Notes: generated by a model from the letters alone, not told the origin. 64,000 nt of DNA from an uncultured bacterium (GCA_963717435.1 OY970332.1:160001-224000); one strand, 5' to 3'. Shown: positions 10,356 through 21,328, numbered from the stretch's first letter. A program made the numbers and translations.

Positions 10356-10500
10356 AATAACCTCCAAAAACCAAATTAAGTGCAACTTAATTCGATCATT
10401 AACTATATTTTAACTATTTATTCTAATTTCAGAATACCAATTTTGAGTGACAAAAAGCAATAGTTTGCGATAATTATAATCTTTTTTAGCTGTTTTTAAC

Positions 10501-12228
10501 CTATTTTAAGCTTAACCCGGGTAGCGGTTCAGAAGTCGCCAAAGACGGTCTTGGGACGCCCAAAATGTAAGATAAGCTTACAGGTACAGAAAGCATAGAA
10601 ACGTTCTTAAATATCGTCTGCTTTTGGAACCTGCTGGACTGATAAAATATTAGCGGCACCTGGCGGTCATAATTTTGCGGGCTCAAATGGGTTGTACCAG
10701 AAGGCAAATTATCCATAAAATTATACGGTCTTATTTCATAAATTAACTGCCCACTTCTACCTGGGAAAGTTTGATTTTTAAAGTACCAACCTGGATCGCC
10801 TTCTTCAAAAATAGCACTTTTAAGTTCTTTTTCTGACCAAACCCTACCTATCCCGGTCTGAGATAACAAATAATCTTTTAAATCTTTATTAATTTTTTCC
10901 TGAGTCTCAGGATCAAGTTTATTAAATTTGTTAAGATCATAGTAAAAAAACGGGGCCTTAAATTTAAACACAAACTTATCTATGTCATATTTTTTCTTAA
11001 CCAGATCGTTCATAGCAGCAAATATCTCTTGCTCATTAAGTCTTTTTGCCATAGGCATACCCTGATCCTTTGTAACCTCATAAATCGGTTGCATGCCATG
11101 ATCGGCTGTCAGGATAAATAGAACATCTTTTTTATCAAATTTAGAGTATACAAAATCCATAAACTCTTGAAGCTGGTGATCCATTTGATAGATCATATCG
11201 ATATATTCAAGGGTTTGCGGACCATACAAGTGACCGATTTTATCAAGACTACTTAAACTTAGCCACATTAATATTTTATTATTATTTTTCTTTTCTAGAT
11301 TTTCTTTTATCGTATTTTCAAGCGCAAGCTCAGCCAGATTCACCAAATTTTTATTTGCCATTGGCGTCGCCAAAAATAACGCATACGGCTCTTTGGTTTT
11401 ACGATCTATGCCAATATATTTGCCGATAATCGAGTGACCCAAAGTAGAATATTTATAGTTGTCTATTTCTGGGAATTTGTACTGCTCAGCTGATTTATCA
11501 AAAAGCGGGTTCCATTTAAAACTCTTAACTTGGTCGATTTTTTGGTCTGTGTTAAATTTTACGAGCCAATCTGGTAATTTATCAAAATAAGCTTTGCTTG
11601 AGGTAAAAAATGCATCTTTTTCATCAAACCATACGGCTTTTGCACCAGCTTCTCCGGCCAACGCCCCCATATGTCCGGCCAATGCTATTGCGGCCCTGCT
11701 TTTTAAAGAAAGCGATAATATACTGTATTTTGAAATTGGAGAATGGGCCAACACGATCTGATCAGACAGGTTATCAACCAATATATTCTTGGGAGATTTG
11801 CCTTTTTTATCTTTAATGGCATAAGTCGAAATACCATCTTTTTTAAATACTGCAGCTGATTCGGAACTATCATCATCGGCTTTAGTTTTTTTCTCTTTGC
11901 CTTGCTCAAACCACTCATTATTTACTATCCCATGATCTTTTGCATATGCCCCTGTGGAAAGCGCAGTATGACCTATGGCTGTCCCAGGTGCCGCATGGGG
12001 AAAAAACGCACTCATGTAACTTGTTCCGTTATCCAGCAAATTACCCAGGCCCCCTTTAAGATATGGTCTTAAAGATCTAAGCGAGTTAAAAGATAACTGG
12101 TCGATTACTATAAAAACGGTCAACTTAGGCGCTTCAACAGCCTTGGTACTTTTCTCTTCAGCAGCCAAAGCCGCAAAGTTTATTATTATGGCAATCAGGG
12201 CAATATTAAACCACCTTATAACCTTCAC
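10501..12228 (-). CDS. Alkaline phosphatase superfamily protein (PafA/PhoK type)
   Basis: IVIDQL, Thr nucleophile motif 'TAIGHTALSTG', DKIGH, LTADHG, H...YDRQVPLIF; signal peptide. Confidence 0.9.
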   Translation of the reverse strand: MKVIRWFNIALIAIIINFAALAAEEKSTKAVEAPKLTVFIVIDQLSFNSLRSLRPYLKGGLGNLLDNGTSYMSAFFPHAAPGTAIGHTALSTGAYAKDHGIVNNEWFEQGKEKKTKADDDSSESAAVFKKDGISTYAIKDKKGKSPKNILVDNLSDQIVLAHSPISKYSILSLSLKSRAAIALAGHMGALAGEAGAKAVWFDEKDAFFTSSKAYFDKLPDWLVKFNTDQKIDQVKSFKWNPLFDKSAEQYKFPEIDNYKYSTLGHSIIGKYIGIDRKTKEPYALFLATPMANKNLVNLAELALENTIKENLEKKNNNKILMWLSLSSLDKIGHLYGPQTLEYIDMIYQMDHQLQEFMDFVYSKFDKKDVLFILTADHGMQPIYEVTKDQGMPMAKRLNEQEIFAAMNDLVKKKYDIDKFVFKFKAPFFYYDLNKFNKLDPETQEKINKDLKDYLLSQTGIGRVWSEKELKSAIFEEGDPGWYFKNQTFPGRSGQLIYEIRPYNFMDNLPSGTTHLSPQNYDRQVPLIFYQSSRFQKQTIFKNVSMLSVPVSLSYILGVPRPSLATSEPLPGLSLK

Positions 12229-12519
12229 ACTTCCCCCAGTTTTTCTAAATTTACAATTTTAAATATAGAAATAAATTTTAACTAACAAATTATAATATAT
12301 TTCTATCTTCAATTATAAATATACAAAAAAGAAACCAGGAAATGCAATAGTATGCATTCCCCGGTTTAAAATGTTCAATTATTAGTTTAAGTCTGAGTTA
12401 AATTTTAATGATAAATACCAACTTAACCAATTTTGGTCCAGACAGGTATCTAAACAAAAAAACCGGGGAAGGCGTTTATTCCTTCCCCGGTCAATAAAAT
12501 TCGATTTAAAGTCTAAGTG

Positions 12520-13299
12520 TTACTTTTTTGAACCAAAAAGCTTTTCGAAAACTTCTGGAAGCAAATTAGCCTTTAGCATATTTCTATAGCGTTTAGAAAA
12601 AGCGATTTTGTTCAACGCTTCTTTAAAGTTATTCAAATAACTCTCTGATTTTTCTGCTTTCAGGACATTTTCCCAACCCTGAGCAGCTGCTTTACCATAT
12701 TCCGCATTGCTGGCTGTAAACGCTTGATTCGATAGGTCAAGTTTTGCTCCAAGCTTGGTCAATGCTAAGTTATTAGATTCAATTTCTGCGTTCAATGAAT
12801 CAATTTCCGTTAGAGCAATTTGCTTCACTACATCATATTCTCGTTGAAGTGCTTTAAGTTTTGCATCTTTTAAAGTAGTTGCATCAACTGTGCTTTGGTA
12901 CCCTTCATTCAATAGAGCAAGTTTGGCTTCAGATTGTTCCAGTTTTTTAGCCAACTGTCCCTTTGATTTCAAATCTGCAAAAGCTTTTTTAGAATATACG
13001 TCAAACAATTGACCATATTTCTCTTGAGAATTAGCCTTTTCAAGAGCAAGATCTTTTCTTAGCTTATAAATATAAGCACCGCCAGCAAGTGCTACAACTG
13101 CGGCAGCAGCGCCAATTGCGACTTCTTTTTTATGAGCAGAAGCCCATTCTCTAGCTTCGTTAAACTTTTGTTTACCAAAGTTAATAGTTTTAACAGCTGA
13201 ATCCTTAACTCCAGTTGTAACTTGAGAGAAAGTAATAGCTTGAACATTTGCAGCAAATACTATTAAAGTAAGTGCCATTGATTTAAATTGTAGTTTCAT
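12520..13299 (-). CDS. Exported coiled-coil protein with an internal TM helix (start likely MKLQFK)
   Basis: Signal peptide, Ala-rich TM, heptad-rich C-terminal half. Confidence 0.75.
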   Translation of the reverse strand: MKLQFKSMALTLIVFAANVQAITFSQVTTGVKDSAVKTINFGKQKFNEAREWASAHKKEVAIGAAAAVVALAGGAYIYKLRKDLALEKANSQEKYGQLFDVYSKKAFADLKSKGQLAKKLEQSEAKLALLNEGYQSTVDATTLKDAKLKALQREYDVVKQIALTEIDSLNAEIESNNLALTKLGAKLDLSNQAFTASNAEYGKAAAQGWENVLKAEKSESYLNNFKEALNKIAFSKRYRNMLKANLLPEVFEKLFGSKK

Positions 13300-13439
13300 T
13301 AGAAACACTCCATAAAAAAATTATTATACGATTAAACTCAACGATTTTTATCAATATTCAGTTAAGATTTAAGATAGGATTTAACCCTAACTAATAATCA
13401 TAATACCATAACAACCCATATTTTCAACTGGTCAATAAT
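13238..13439. repeat. ~200-bp duplication (promoter, RBS and signal peptide) shared with 14018-14218
   Basis: Near-identical atttaaattgtagtttcatt.gaaacactccataaaaaaattattatacgattaaactcaacgattt ... ttttcaactggtcaataat. Confidence 0.9.
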
Positions 13440-13653
13440 GCTGCCAAGAATGGGGTGCCAAGGGCGCCTTGGAGTGGAAAACTCAAAGAACAGCTATTCT
13501 CAGGTTAGAAAATACTTAAATACAGCATGTTTTTCATATTAAAAACAAAAAACTGGAGAAGGTTTTTATTCCTTCTCCAGTTACTTTAGTGAATTAATAA
13601 GGGGCCACAAGGACCCCTTATTTTATTTTCAAAATTAGTTAATAATAACTAAA

Positions 13654-14079
13654 TTATGCTGGAATAACACCAAAAAACGTAGCTACTATAGCGTTACCTA
13701 TTTTTTCTCTATTATAAGTAAGAGCACCAGTTGCAACTGCTCCTGCTACCAAACCAACTGTTGTTTTCTTGTGATTTTTGATCCAAGAAGCAACATTATT
13801 ACCTGCTTGTTTAGCTTTAGCTCCGACGAAAGAAGCAACATTGCTCGCTGCTTTTTTAGCGTTAGCTTTAACTGATTCTAATTTACCAGCTTTGTTAAGC
13901 TTATAAAGACCTGTAACTGCAGCGACAGGAACAAGAACTTTTGCAGCTGTTTTTGCATTATTTCTGGTCAAAGAAGCTTTAGCCAAAGCCGCAACTCCTG
14001 CAAACTTATATTCTGCTGCTTGAACATTAGATGCAAATACTATTAAAGCAAGTGACATCAATTTAAATTGTAGTTTCAT
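13654..14079 (-). CDS. Exported Ala/Lys-rich protein, paralogous at the N-terminus to 12520-13299
   Basis: MKLQFKxMxLxLIVFAxNVQA signal and 'W..HKK...G.AA' motif shared. Confidence 0.75.
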   Translation of the reverse strand: MKLQFKLMSLALIVFASNVQAAEYKFAGVAALAKASLTRNNAKTAAKVLVPVAAVTGLYKLNKAGKLESVKANAKKAASNVASFVGAKAKQAGNNVASWIKNHKKTTVGLVAGAVATGALTYNREKIGNAIVATFFGVIPA

Positions 14080-14218
14080 TTGAAACACTCCATAAAAAAA
14101 TTATTATACGATTAAACTCAACGATTTCATAAATATTCAGTTAAAATTTAAGATATCTTTTAAACCCAACTAATAGCCATAATACCACAACTGCCATTAT
14201 TTTCAACTGGTCAATAAT
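14018..14218. repeat. Second copy of the ~200-bp promoter/signal-peptide duplication
   Basis: See 13238-13439. Confidence 0.9.
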
Positions 14219-14382
14219 CAATGCCGGAGCCTACCTGAAAAAAATGGGCATATTGTGAAAAAATCTCTAGCAGCTTGTCTTTGTCAGCAAGCTGTTTTAA
14301 GCTACTTTGAACAAAAAAGTGGGCACAAAAGAGCAAAAGAGAACAATAAAAAAAGCATAAAAAGAGTAGTAAAGAAAGCAGC

Positions 14383-15879
14383 ATGAATAACACAAATAAC
14401 TTTAATAAGACAAATAATCAAAAACCGGGTATTTTGCGGGCCAAGTTTATATCTATAATATTAACTGCTATTTTGGCCACAACTTTGCCAATTGTGGGGA
14501 AAAAATCATTAAAAACGAGCCAGACATATTTTCTTGCAAGACCACTGTATCACAATATGCCCGCGCGGCAGACCTTGTGGACGCCAATTATTAATGACGA
14601 TTGTAATGCTTGTGAAAATGGGGTAAAAACGCATGTGTGCGGAACAATTCAAGCAGTTGCGCTGTATCAAAAATCACTTTGCGATTCGAACAAAGATGTC
14701 GCAGGATATTTTTTGTTTAAATGTAAAAATTGCTTAACTGTTAAGGGTGATAATGCGATAAGCAATATTACCCAGCGTGATATTCGAGCAGAATGGATCG
14801 GGCTGCCAGCAGATTTTTCAGGCGATTTTTGCATAAACCCCAAACAGAAGCAAGAGGGCTTTATGCTTGAATATAGCCAAAAACTGAGAAGATTCTCGAG
14901 CCATAAGCTATTTAAAAACTTGTATATAAATGTGATAATGCCATTTGTTTGGGTAAAAAACCAGACAAATCTTACCGGAAACACGCAAATCATTCAGGCA
15001 TTTAATCAAGAAAGCTGGCAGTTTGCCAAAATTTCAGATCATGAACAAAGCAGTCACGGGCTAGCCGAAATTCGAGCATCTATAGGGGCAACTTTGTATA
15101 ATCAAGACGACTTTTTGGTCGCAACTGAAACATTTGGAATAATTCCATTAAAAAAATATAAATACCCGCATTATTTGTTTATGCCTATTGTTGGTACCAA
15201 CAATAAATTAGGTTTTGGGACAAATCTGAGATTTGATCTGCCATTGCAAGAATATTACGCTGACTATAAAGCTATATTATATTTCTGCATAGAAGGGCAA
15301 TATTATCTAAAAGATACCCAGCGCAGGACCCTTGATTTGCGCCATAACCCCTGGAGCAGGTATTTGTTATACCAAAACCAATATTCAGGAGAGATTGTTC
15401 AGGGTGTGAATATTTTAACCCCTTGGGTTATCGTTAACCCTTACTGCTTTGTTGAGCTTGATGCCGGGGTAAGATTTGAATTTGGGGGCCTCAATTTTGA
15501 GCTGGGCTATAACTTTTGGTCAAATGGTAGAGAGAAGCTAGAATTGAATGAAAACTGCTGCCAAAAGACAGAATTTGTTTTCCAGAACTATGGCATATCT
15601 GGCAGCGCCCCACTAACTTCAGCTTCAAACAGTACTATAAACAATCTGGCCCCTAATGACAGTAGCTTTGTAACCTTAATGGCGTCAGATTTAGATCTTA
15701 CATCGGGGGGGTCTCGTGGGGCACAGGTTAATAAATTTTATGGATTTCTGGGATACCGAACCGCGACACATAGATTATTAACTCTTTTTGCAGGGCTTGG
15801 TGGCTCCATCGAAGTTCCAGATTCAAACACTGCATTTAAGCAAGCGGCAGGATGGTTCAAGCTGGGCTTAGAATTTTAA
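14383..15879 (+). CDS. Hypothetical exported protein, probable outer-membrane beta-barrel
   Basis: Signal-like N-terminus, amphipathic beta pattern, C-terminal 'WFKLGLEF' beta-signal. Confidence 0.6.
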   Translation: MNNTNNFNKTNNQKPGILRAKFISIILTAILATTLPIVGKKSLKTSQTYFLARPLYHNMPARQTLWTPIINDDCNACENGVKTHVCGTIQAVALYQKSLCDSNKDVAGYFLFKCKNCLTVKGDNAISNITQRDIRAEWIGLPADFSGDFCINPKQKQEGFMLEYSQKLRRFSSHKLFKNLYINVIMPFVWVKNQTNLTGNTQIIQAFNQESWQFAKISDHEQSSHGLAEIRASIGATLYNQDDFLVATETFGIIPLKKYKYPHYLFMPIVGTNNKLGFGTNLRFDLPLQEYYADYKAILYFCIEGQYYLKDTQRRTLDLRHNPWSRYLLYQNQYSGEIVQGVNILTPWVIVNPYCFVELDAGVRFEFGGLNFELGYNFWSNGREKLELNENCCQKTEFVFQNYGISGSAPLTSASNSTINNLAPNDSSFVTLMASDLDLTSGGSRGAQVNKFYGFLGYRTATHRLLTLFAGLGGSIEVPDSNTAFKQAAGWFKLGLEF

Positions 15880-15979
15880 ATAAATTATGTTATAATTTTC
15901 TTCAAAAAGTGGCAATTAAAAGCAAAAATCCAAAATATTACAAAAATATTAACACTTTCACTATCAAAGTTATAACTTC

Positions 15980-16402
15980 ATGAATAAACACAAAATCAAA
16001 TTACTTTTTGCAGTCAGTTGTTATTTGCCAAGCTTATTAGCCCCCCTGCGCCCGGTAGTAACAGAAGATAACAGGCTTATCTTTGAGAGTGATGAAGCAG
16101 ATGAAAACTCTAATGAACAAAATAAACGAGTTTTAACAGAACAACAGGCGATAGTCGTTAAAGTATTATGCATAATAAGCAAAGAAAATAATTGGCCGCA
16201 AGAGTATATCTCTTACTGGGCATATTTGGCTCTAGCAAATTCAAATTTAGAGGCCATAATAATTCTCAAATTTATGGCCAGGGAAAAATATTTTTCTGAA
16301 AAATCTTCTGGCCAATCTGAACCCAGACTTCAAAGTCTTTTAATTTCAATGGAAAAACTGGTTTTCCTAAACCCCACAATCGAACAAATACTTAATAGTT
16401 AA
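15980..16402 (+). CDS. Hypothetical exported protein
   Basis: ORF with signal-peptide-like N-terminus. Confidence 0.55.
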   Translation: MNKHKIKLLFAVSCYLPSLLAPLRPVVTEDNRLIFESDEADENSNEQNKRVLTEQQAIVVKVLCIISKENNWPQEYISYWAYLALANSNLEAIIILKFMAREKYFSEKSSGQSEPRLQSLLISMEKLVFLNPTIEQILNS

Positions 16403-16471
16403 ACTTGCAAAAACTTGATTAACAAAAGAGGGCCGGATTTTCTCCAGCCCTCTTTTTTTAATTAAATATTA

Positions 16472-18120
16472 TTAATACATGCCTGGCATGCCGCCCCATG
16501 CGGCCATGGCCAGCATGAGCAGCCGTCTCTTTTTTCTCTTCAGGAATATCAGCAATAATCGCTTCAGTAGTTAACAATAAGCCAGCAATAGATGCTGCAT
16601 TTTGTAATGCTGAACGTACAACTTTAGCAGGATCAATAATACCCGCTTCAATCATATCAACAAATTCACCAGTTTTTGCATCAAAGCCGATATTGCCACG
16701 ATTCTGCACGAACACTGTTAACAATAACAGATGCTTCAAAGCCAGCATTTGAGCAAATAATACGCAAAGGCTCTTCAAGCGCACGATGAACAATTTGTGC
16801 ACCAAGTTGTTCATCACCTTCAAGCTTTAATTTATTAACAGCTTCTTGAGCACGTAGTAATGCAACACCACCACCAGCAACAATACCTTCTTCAACAGCA
16901 GCACGTGTTGCATGTAAAGCATCTTCAATGCGATCTTTTTTTTCTTTCATTTCAGTTTCAGTTGCAGCACCAACTTTAATAACTGCAACACCACCAGCAA
17001 GTTTAGCAAGACGTTCTTGAAGTTTTTCTTTGTCATAATCAGAAGTAGTATTTTCAATTTGAGACTTTGATTTGCATAACGCGGCCTTTAATAGCTCTGT
17101 CGCTGCCAGAGCCTTCAATAATAGTAGTATGTATCTTTAGTAACAACCACTTTTTTAGCGCGACCAAGATCAGTTAAGTGTAACATGTTTCAAGCTTTAA
17201 ACCAAGATCTTCAGAAATCAAGTTTACCACCAGTTAAGATAGCAATATCTTCAAGCATTGCTTTACGACGATCACCAAAACCAGGTGCTTTAACTGCTAC
17301 AACATTAAGATGCCACGAAGTTTATTAACAACTAATGTTGCAAGTGCTTCGCCTTCAACATCTTCTGCAATAATAAATAATGGACGTACCAGATTTTGCA
17401 ACTTGTTCAAGTACTGGCAATAAGCTCTTCATGCTTGAAATTTTTTTTTCAAAAATCAAAATAAATGGATCATTCATAACTGCTTCCATTTTTTCTGCAT
17501 CAGTTACAAAATAAGGAGAAAGATATCCACGATCAAATTGCATACCTTCAACAACTGTCAATTCACTTTCCATGCCTTTTGCTTCTTCAACGGTAATAAC
17601 ACCATCGCGACCAACTTTTTCCATAGCTTGAGCAATTTGTTCACCAATAAAGGTGTCTGAATTTGCAGAAATAGTAGCAACTTGCTCAATCTCTTTTTTG
17701 CTACTTACTTTTTTTGAACGAGCTTTTAATATCTTCAACAACTGCTATAACTGCTTTATCGATACCACGCTTTAGTTCCATAGGATTAGCGCCAGCAGTA
17801 ACATATTTATTACCTTCACGGAAAATAGCTTGAGTCAAAACTGTTGCGGTAGTTGTTCCATCACCAGCAACATCTGCTGTTTTGCTTGCAACTTCACGCA
17901 CCATTTGCGCGCCCATATTTTCAACAGGATCCGCTAGTTCAATTTCTTTTGCAACACTCACACCATCTTTGGTAATCGCAGGTGATCCAAATGCTTTTCC
18001 ATAAGCAACATTACGACCACGGGGCCCAAGGGTTACTTTTACTGCATTTGCTAAGGTATCAACGCCATTTGCCAATTTTTGACGCGCTTCTACGCCAAAT
18101 AAAATTTTTTTTCCAGCCAT
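16472..18120 (-). CDS. groEL: Chaperonin GroEL, broken by several frameshifts (probably sequencing indels)
   Basis: Fragments in changing frames: [64 protein letters not shown] ending at 16472. Confidence 0.95.
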
Positions 18121-18166
18121 GATGTTCCCATTTTGTTTTAAAATTTTTGTTCTGTTAATTAATAAA

Positions 18167-18224
18167 CCCCGCTCGTCCCGAGTGCCCGACGTAGCTTTAG
18201 CGTAGACGGGTGTATCGAGGGATG
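18167..18224 (+). repeat. Palindromic element family copy (between groES and groEL)
   Basis: ccccgctcg-tccc-gagtg-[cccgac gta gct tt agc gta gacggg]-tgtatcga-ggga-tg. Confidence 0.85.
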
Positions 18225-18239
18225 TTCTGGTAATTAATT

Positions 18240-18527
18240 TTATTTTTCGACTATTCCAAGAATTTCATCTTCACGAATCATAATGTGCTTATCGCCAGTT
18301 TCGGTTCCAGCATATTTGCCAAAAAAGACCGTATCGCCGACCCTTACTTGCATTGGAATAACTTTACCTTCAGAATTGCTCTTTCCCGGCCCGACTGCCA
18401 AAACTTTGCCAGTTTGACCTTTTTCTTTTGCACTATCAGGGATAATTAAGCCACCTGCTGTTTTTTCTGTGTGTTCAAGACGCTCAACCCAAACTCTATC
18501 ACCTAAGGGTCTAATTTTGTCATTCAT
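18240..18527 (-). CDS. groES: Co-chaperonin GroES
   Basis: [44 protein letters not shown]. Confidence 0.98.
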   Translation of the reverse strand: MNDKIRPLGDRVWVERLEHTEKTAGGLIIPDSAKEKGQTGKVLAVGPGKSNSEGKVIPMQVRVGDTVFFGKYAGTETGDKHIMIREDEILGIVEK

Positions 18528-18747
18528 GCAATCACCCTAAATTTGAAACTGTGTTTGTAAAAAAATATTAGTTCTAAAAATCACAAGTTAATTATACAAT
18601 AAGATAAAAAGAGTTCAATAAAAGAGTTAAATGCTTATAGAAACTCACTCAGATTTTTTATATTATTTTTTTAAACTTATAAAAAATTAGTTATAAAAAA
18701 TAATATTACTATAATTATTAAAATTAATTATTTCGGAGAGTAGTAAA

Positions 18748-19452
18748 ATGATACAAATATACCCTTCACTAATCGCGTGTAGTATTTCAAAAAATATTTC
18801 CCAGGTAGATAAACTAGATAACTGCATAAAATCAACAGAACCTTTCTCGGCAGGTTATCACATAGATATTATGGACAATAAATTTGTCCCAAATTCAAGC
18901 TGGAGCCCAGAAGAGGTTAATATAATTAGAACAAAAACAGACAAGCCATTTTTTATTCACTTGATGGTCGAAAATCCCCAAAACTATTTAGATCTTTTAA
19001 ATTTAAATAATAAAGACACTATCTGCTTTCATGTTGAAACCCATGACGATCACAATAATTTACTCAAAAAAATTCATGAAAAAAATCTTCTTGCAAGCTT
19101 GGCGCTAAAACCGAAAACTCTTGTAGAATCTATCTTAAATTATATTCATGATATAGATCATGTATTATTAATGTCAGTTGAGCCGGGTTTTTCTGGACAA
19201 GAGTTTTTATTACAATCTTTTGACAGATTTAAAGCTTTAAAATCACTTAAAGATCTTAACCAAGCAGCGTTTAAAATTGGGCTTGATGGTGGGATTAATA
19301 AAACAAACATAAAAGAGATAAGCGATCTTGGAGCAGATGACGTTGCAATCGGCTCAGCAATATTCGGCAGCAGCACCCCTGAAAAATCTATCAAAGAGCT
19401 TTATGATATTGTTCACGAAGATAAGGATATTAAAAAACTTGAAGGGGCATAA
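18748..19452 (+). CDS. rpe: Ribulose-phosphate 3-epimerase
   Basis: HIDIMDNKFVPN, HLMV, LMSVEPGFSGQ, DGGI, GSAIF. Confidence 0.93.
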   Translation: MIQIYPSLIACSISKNISQVDKLDNCIKSTEPFSAGYHIDIMDNKFVPNSSWSPEEVNIIRTKTDKPFFIHLMVENPQNYLDLLNLNNKDTICFHVETHDDHNNLLKKIHEKNLLASLALKPKTLVESILNYIHDIDHVLLMSVEPGFSGQEFLLQSFDRFKALKSLKDLNQAAFKIGLDGGINKTNIKEISDLGADDVAIGSAIFGSSTPEKSIKELYDIVHEDKDIKKLEGA

Positions 19453-19599
19453 AACACCAAGAGCTAATTTAAATCTCCCGCAAAATACCCTTTAATAAAT
19501 TATTCGCACAAATTTATTTCAACTAACCTTTGAATAATTTACCCGCACCTGAATATAGTTAGACTATATCCGCATATTTCTGATACAAAAAATTAAAGA

Positions 19600-19650
19600 G
19601 GCGCTCGCCCTGAGTGAAATTCCGCAGGAATTTAGTATCGAAGGGTCGCC
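19600..19650 (+). repeat. Palindromic element family copy (short variant)
   Basis: cgctcg-ccct-gagtg-[aaattcc gca ggaattt]-agtatcga-aggg. Confidence 0.75.
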
Positions 19651-19684
19651 GTCTCAAAACCTTTAATCCTAAGGGGGAGCAACC

Positions 19685-19834
19685 ATGAAACACCCAAACT
19701 ATCTTTTGTCGATTGCCTATAACCTGGTTCCGGTCTTTTTAGCAATAAGATTAACCAATATCGCCGCAACAAAATCCGATCTTATTAAATTTCAGATAGA
19801 AAAACTATTGCATTTTGTCCATCAAATACTTTAA
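19685..19834 (+). CDS. Small ORF (49 aa, MKHPNYLLSIAYNLV...), possibly a gene remnant
   Basis: Strong purine-rich RBS (aagggggag); overlaps the duplicated promoter block. Confidence 0.3.
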   Translation: MKHPNYLLSIAYNLVPVFLAIRLTNIAATKSDLIKFQIEKLLHFVHQIL

Positions 19835-19892
19835 CCTATAAATAGGGAGAAAATTTTTCGATTATATTATTTTTTTCAAAAGTGGAGAATTT
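19790..19892 (+). promoter_or_regulatory. Promoter/leader block of paralog operon 1, duplicated at 22388-22490
   Basis: tttcagatagaaaaa(t)ctattgcattt.gtccat.aaatacttta..ctataaata ... ttcgattatattattt shared; TTGCAT -35-like hexamer. Confidence 0.75.
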
Positions 19893-20540
19893 ATGTTAAA
19901 AAATTTAAAAATCTTAGCGATATTAGGGCTATTATTGTCAGTAGGCAATAGTTATACTTTATCCAAAACACCCAAAAAATATGTTACTCAAATTGAAGCT
20001 CGTAAGTATGGTGTTATTTTTGACAAATATTACGAGGTAGATTCTTTGAATAAAGAATTTAGAGACCAGACGTTGAAAAAAGATTTTATTATAACAAGCC
20101 AAAACTTTGAATTGCAAAATAAAACTAAATCAAAAGTGATGGTAATTGCAGAACTATTTAATCAAAATGATGGCTCTTGCATCTTTCTAGGATCTGAGAC
20201 TATAGGGCCAAAGGCAGCCTCTAATAAGTTTAAAAACATAGTGATACGCGACGCCTTCCAAATAAAAATAGTTTATCCAGATGAAAAGGGCAATATAGAA
20301 ATAACACGCAAAAATAATGGCTGTGCTGAAACTGATTCTCCTAAAGCAATTTTTGCAATCAACACAAAGTCTGACAAAAAAGATATAAAGACATTTTATT
20401 TTACATTAAAGGGCGATGATTTAACGACAATCAGCTTAAAGCCGGAAACGGGCCAATTAAACGGTCTATCTGGCATAACTGAGTCTGGTCTATATCTTGG
20501 AGATAACGTAGAACAAAGTAATATAAAGAGAGAGCGGTAA
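19893..20540 (+). CDS. Secreted protein, 'PxTGQLG...TE(S/T)GL' family, member 1
   Basis: Signal peptide; QNFELQNK; LKPETGQL...TESGL. Confidence 0.85.
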   Translation: MLKNLKILAILGLLLSVGNSYTLSKTPKKYVTQIEARKYGVIFDKYYEVDSLNKEFRDQTLKKDFIITSQNFELQNKTKSKVMVIAELFNQNDGSCIFLGSETIGPKAASNKFKNIVIRDAFQIKIVYPDEKGNIEITRKNNGCAETDSPKAIFAINTKSDKKDIKTFYFTLKGDDLTTISLKPETGQLNGLSGITESGLYLGDNVEQSNIKRER

Positions 20541-20569
20541 TAATAAAAAATAAAAAAAGTGGAGAATTT

Positions 20570-21328
20570 ATGTTAAAAAATTTAAAAATCTTATCGATAT
20601 TAGGGTTATTATTGTCAGTCGGCAATAGTTATACCTGGTCCAAAACTTTACTAAAAACACCCAAAAAATATGTTACTGCAACTGAAGCTCGTAATTATGG
20701 CTACACGGATGATTATAACTCACTAGATTCTGCGAATAGAGAATTTACTGACACCAAGCTGAATAAAAAGTTTATTATGACCAATCAAAACTTTGAATTG
20801 CGCAACAAAACTAAATCAAAAATAATGGTAATTGCAGAAATATACAATTCAATTACCGGTTGTAAGTTTTTAGGCCTTGAAAAAATTGAACCGGGCAAAG
20901 CCTCTGAGACATTCACAAACATAGAAATACCTGAACAACATATGTCGCCTGCAGATAGATTGCAGATAAAAATAATTTATGCAGATAAAAACAAATCCCT
21001 GCCTACCTATGAAGCCAATTATGGTAATCACTGCGCCAAAAACATGGCGCTCGACCGAACAGTTGGTTTTTTAATAGCAAATCCACAATTTAAAGATGGC
21101 AGCCCAAAAGGGACATTTTATTTAACATTGGATGGAGATTCTGTACAAAGTAGCAATTTAAGACCCCAAACAGGACAATTAGGTAAATTTATGGGGATAG
21201 AAACGGGTCTAGCGTCAAAGACTGAGACTGGTCTTTACATAGGAAACAATATATTAAAAGGAAGCATATCTAAACAAGGAACTATAATTTCCACAAATCC
21301 ATTTATAAAAACAAATATACAGTATTAA
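20570..21328 (+). CDS. Same family, member 2
   Basis: Near-identical signal to member 1; QNFELRNK; LRPQTGQLG...KTETGL. Confidence 0.85.
   Translation: MLKNLKILSILGLLLSVGNSYTWSKTLLKTPKKYVTATEARNYGYTDDYNSLDSANREFTDTKLNKKFIMTNQNFELRNKTKSKIMVIAEIYNSITGCKFLGLEKIEPGKASETFTNIEIPEQHMSPADRLQIKIIYADKNKSLPTYEANYGNHCAKNMALDRTVGFLIANPQFKDGSPKGTFYLTLDGDSVQSSNLRPQTGQLGKFMGIETGLASKTETGLYIGNNILKGSISKQGTIISTNPFIKTNIQY

Noticed and set aside
13441-13510. GC-richer patch with palindrome ccaagggcgccttgg as a riboswitch/ncRNA
   Set aside because: Single copy, no recognisable family motif and no covariation evidence.
18528-18747. CIRCE element upstream of groES
   Set aside because: No TTAGCACTC-N9-GAGTGCTAA match seen; the TTAGCAC...GTGCTAA at ~25315-25370 has the wrong spacing and location.
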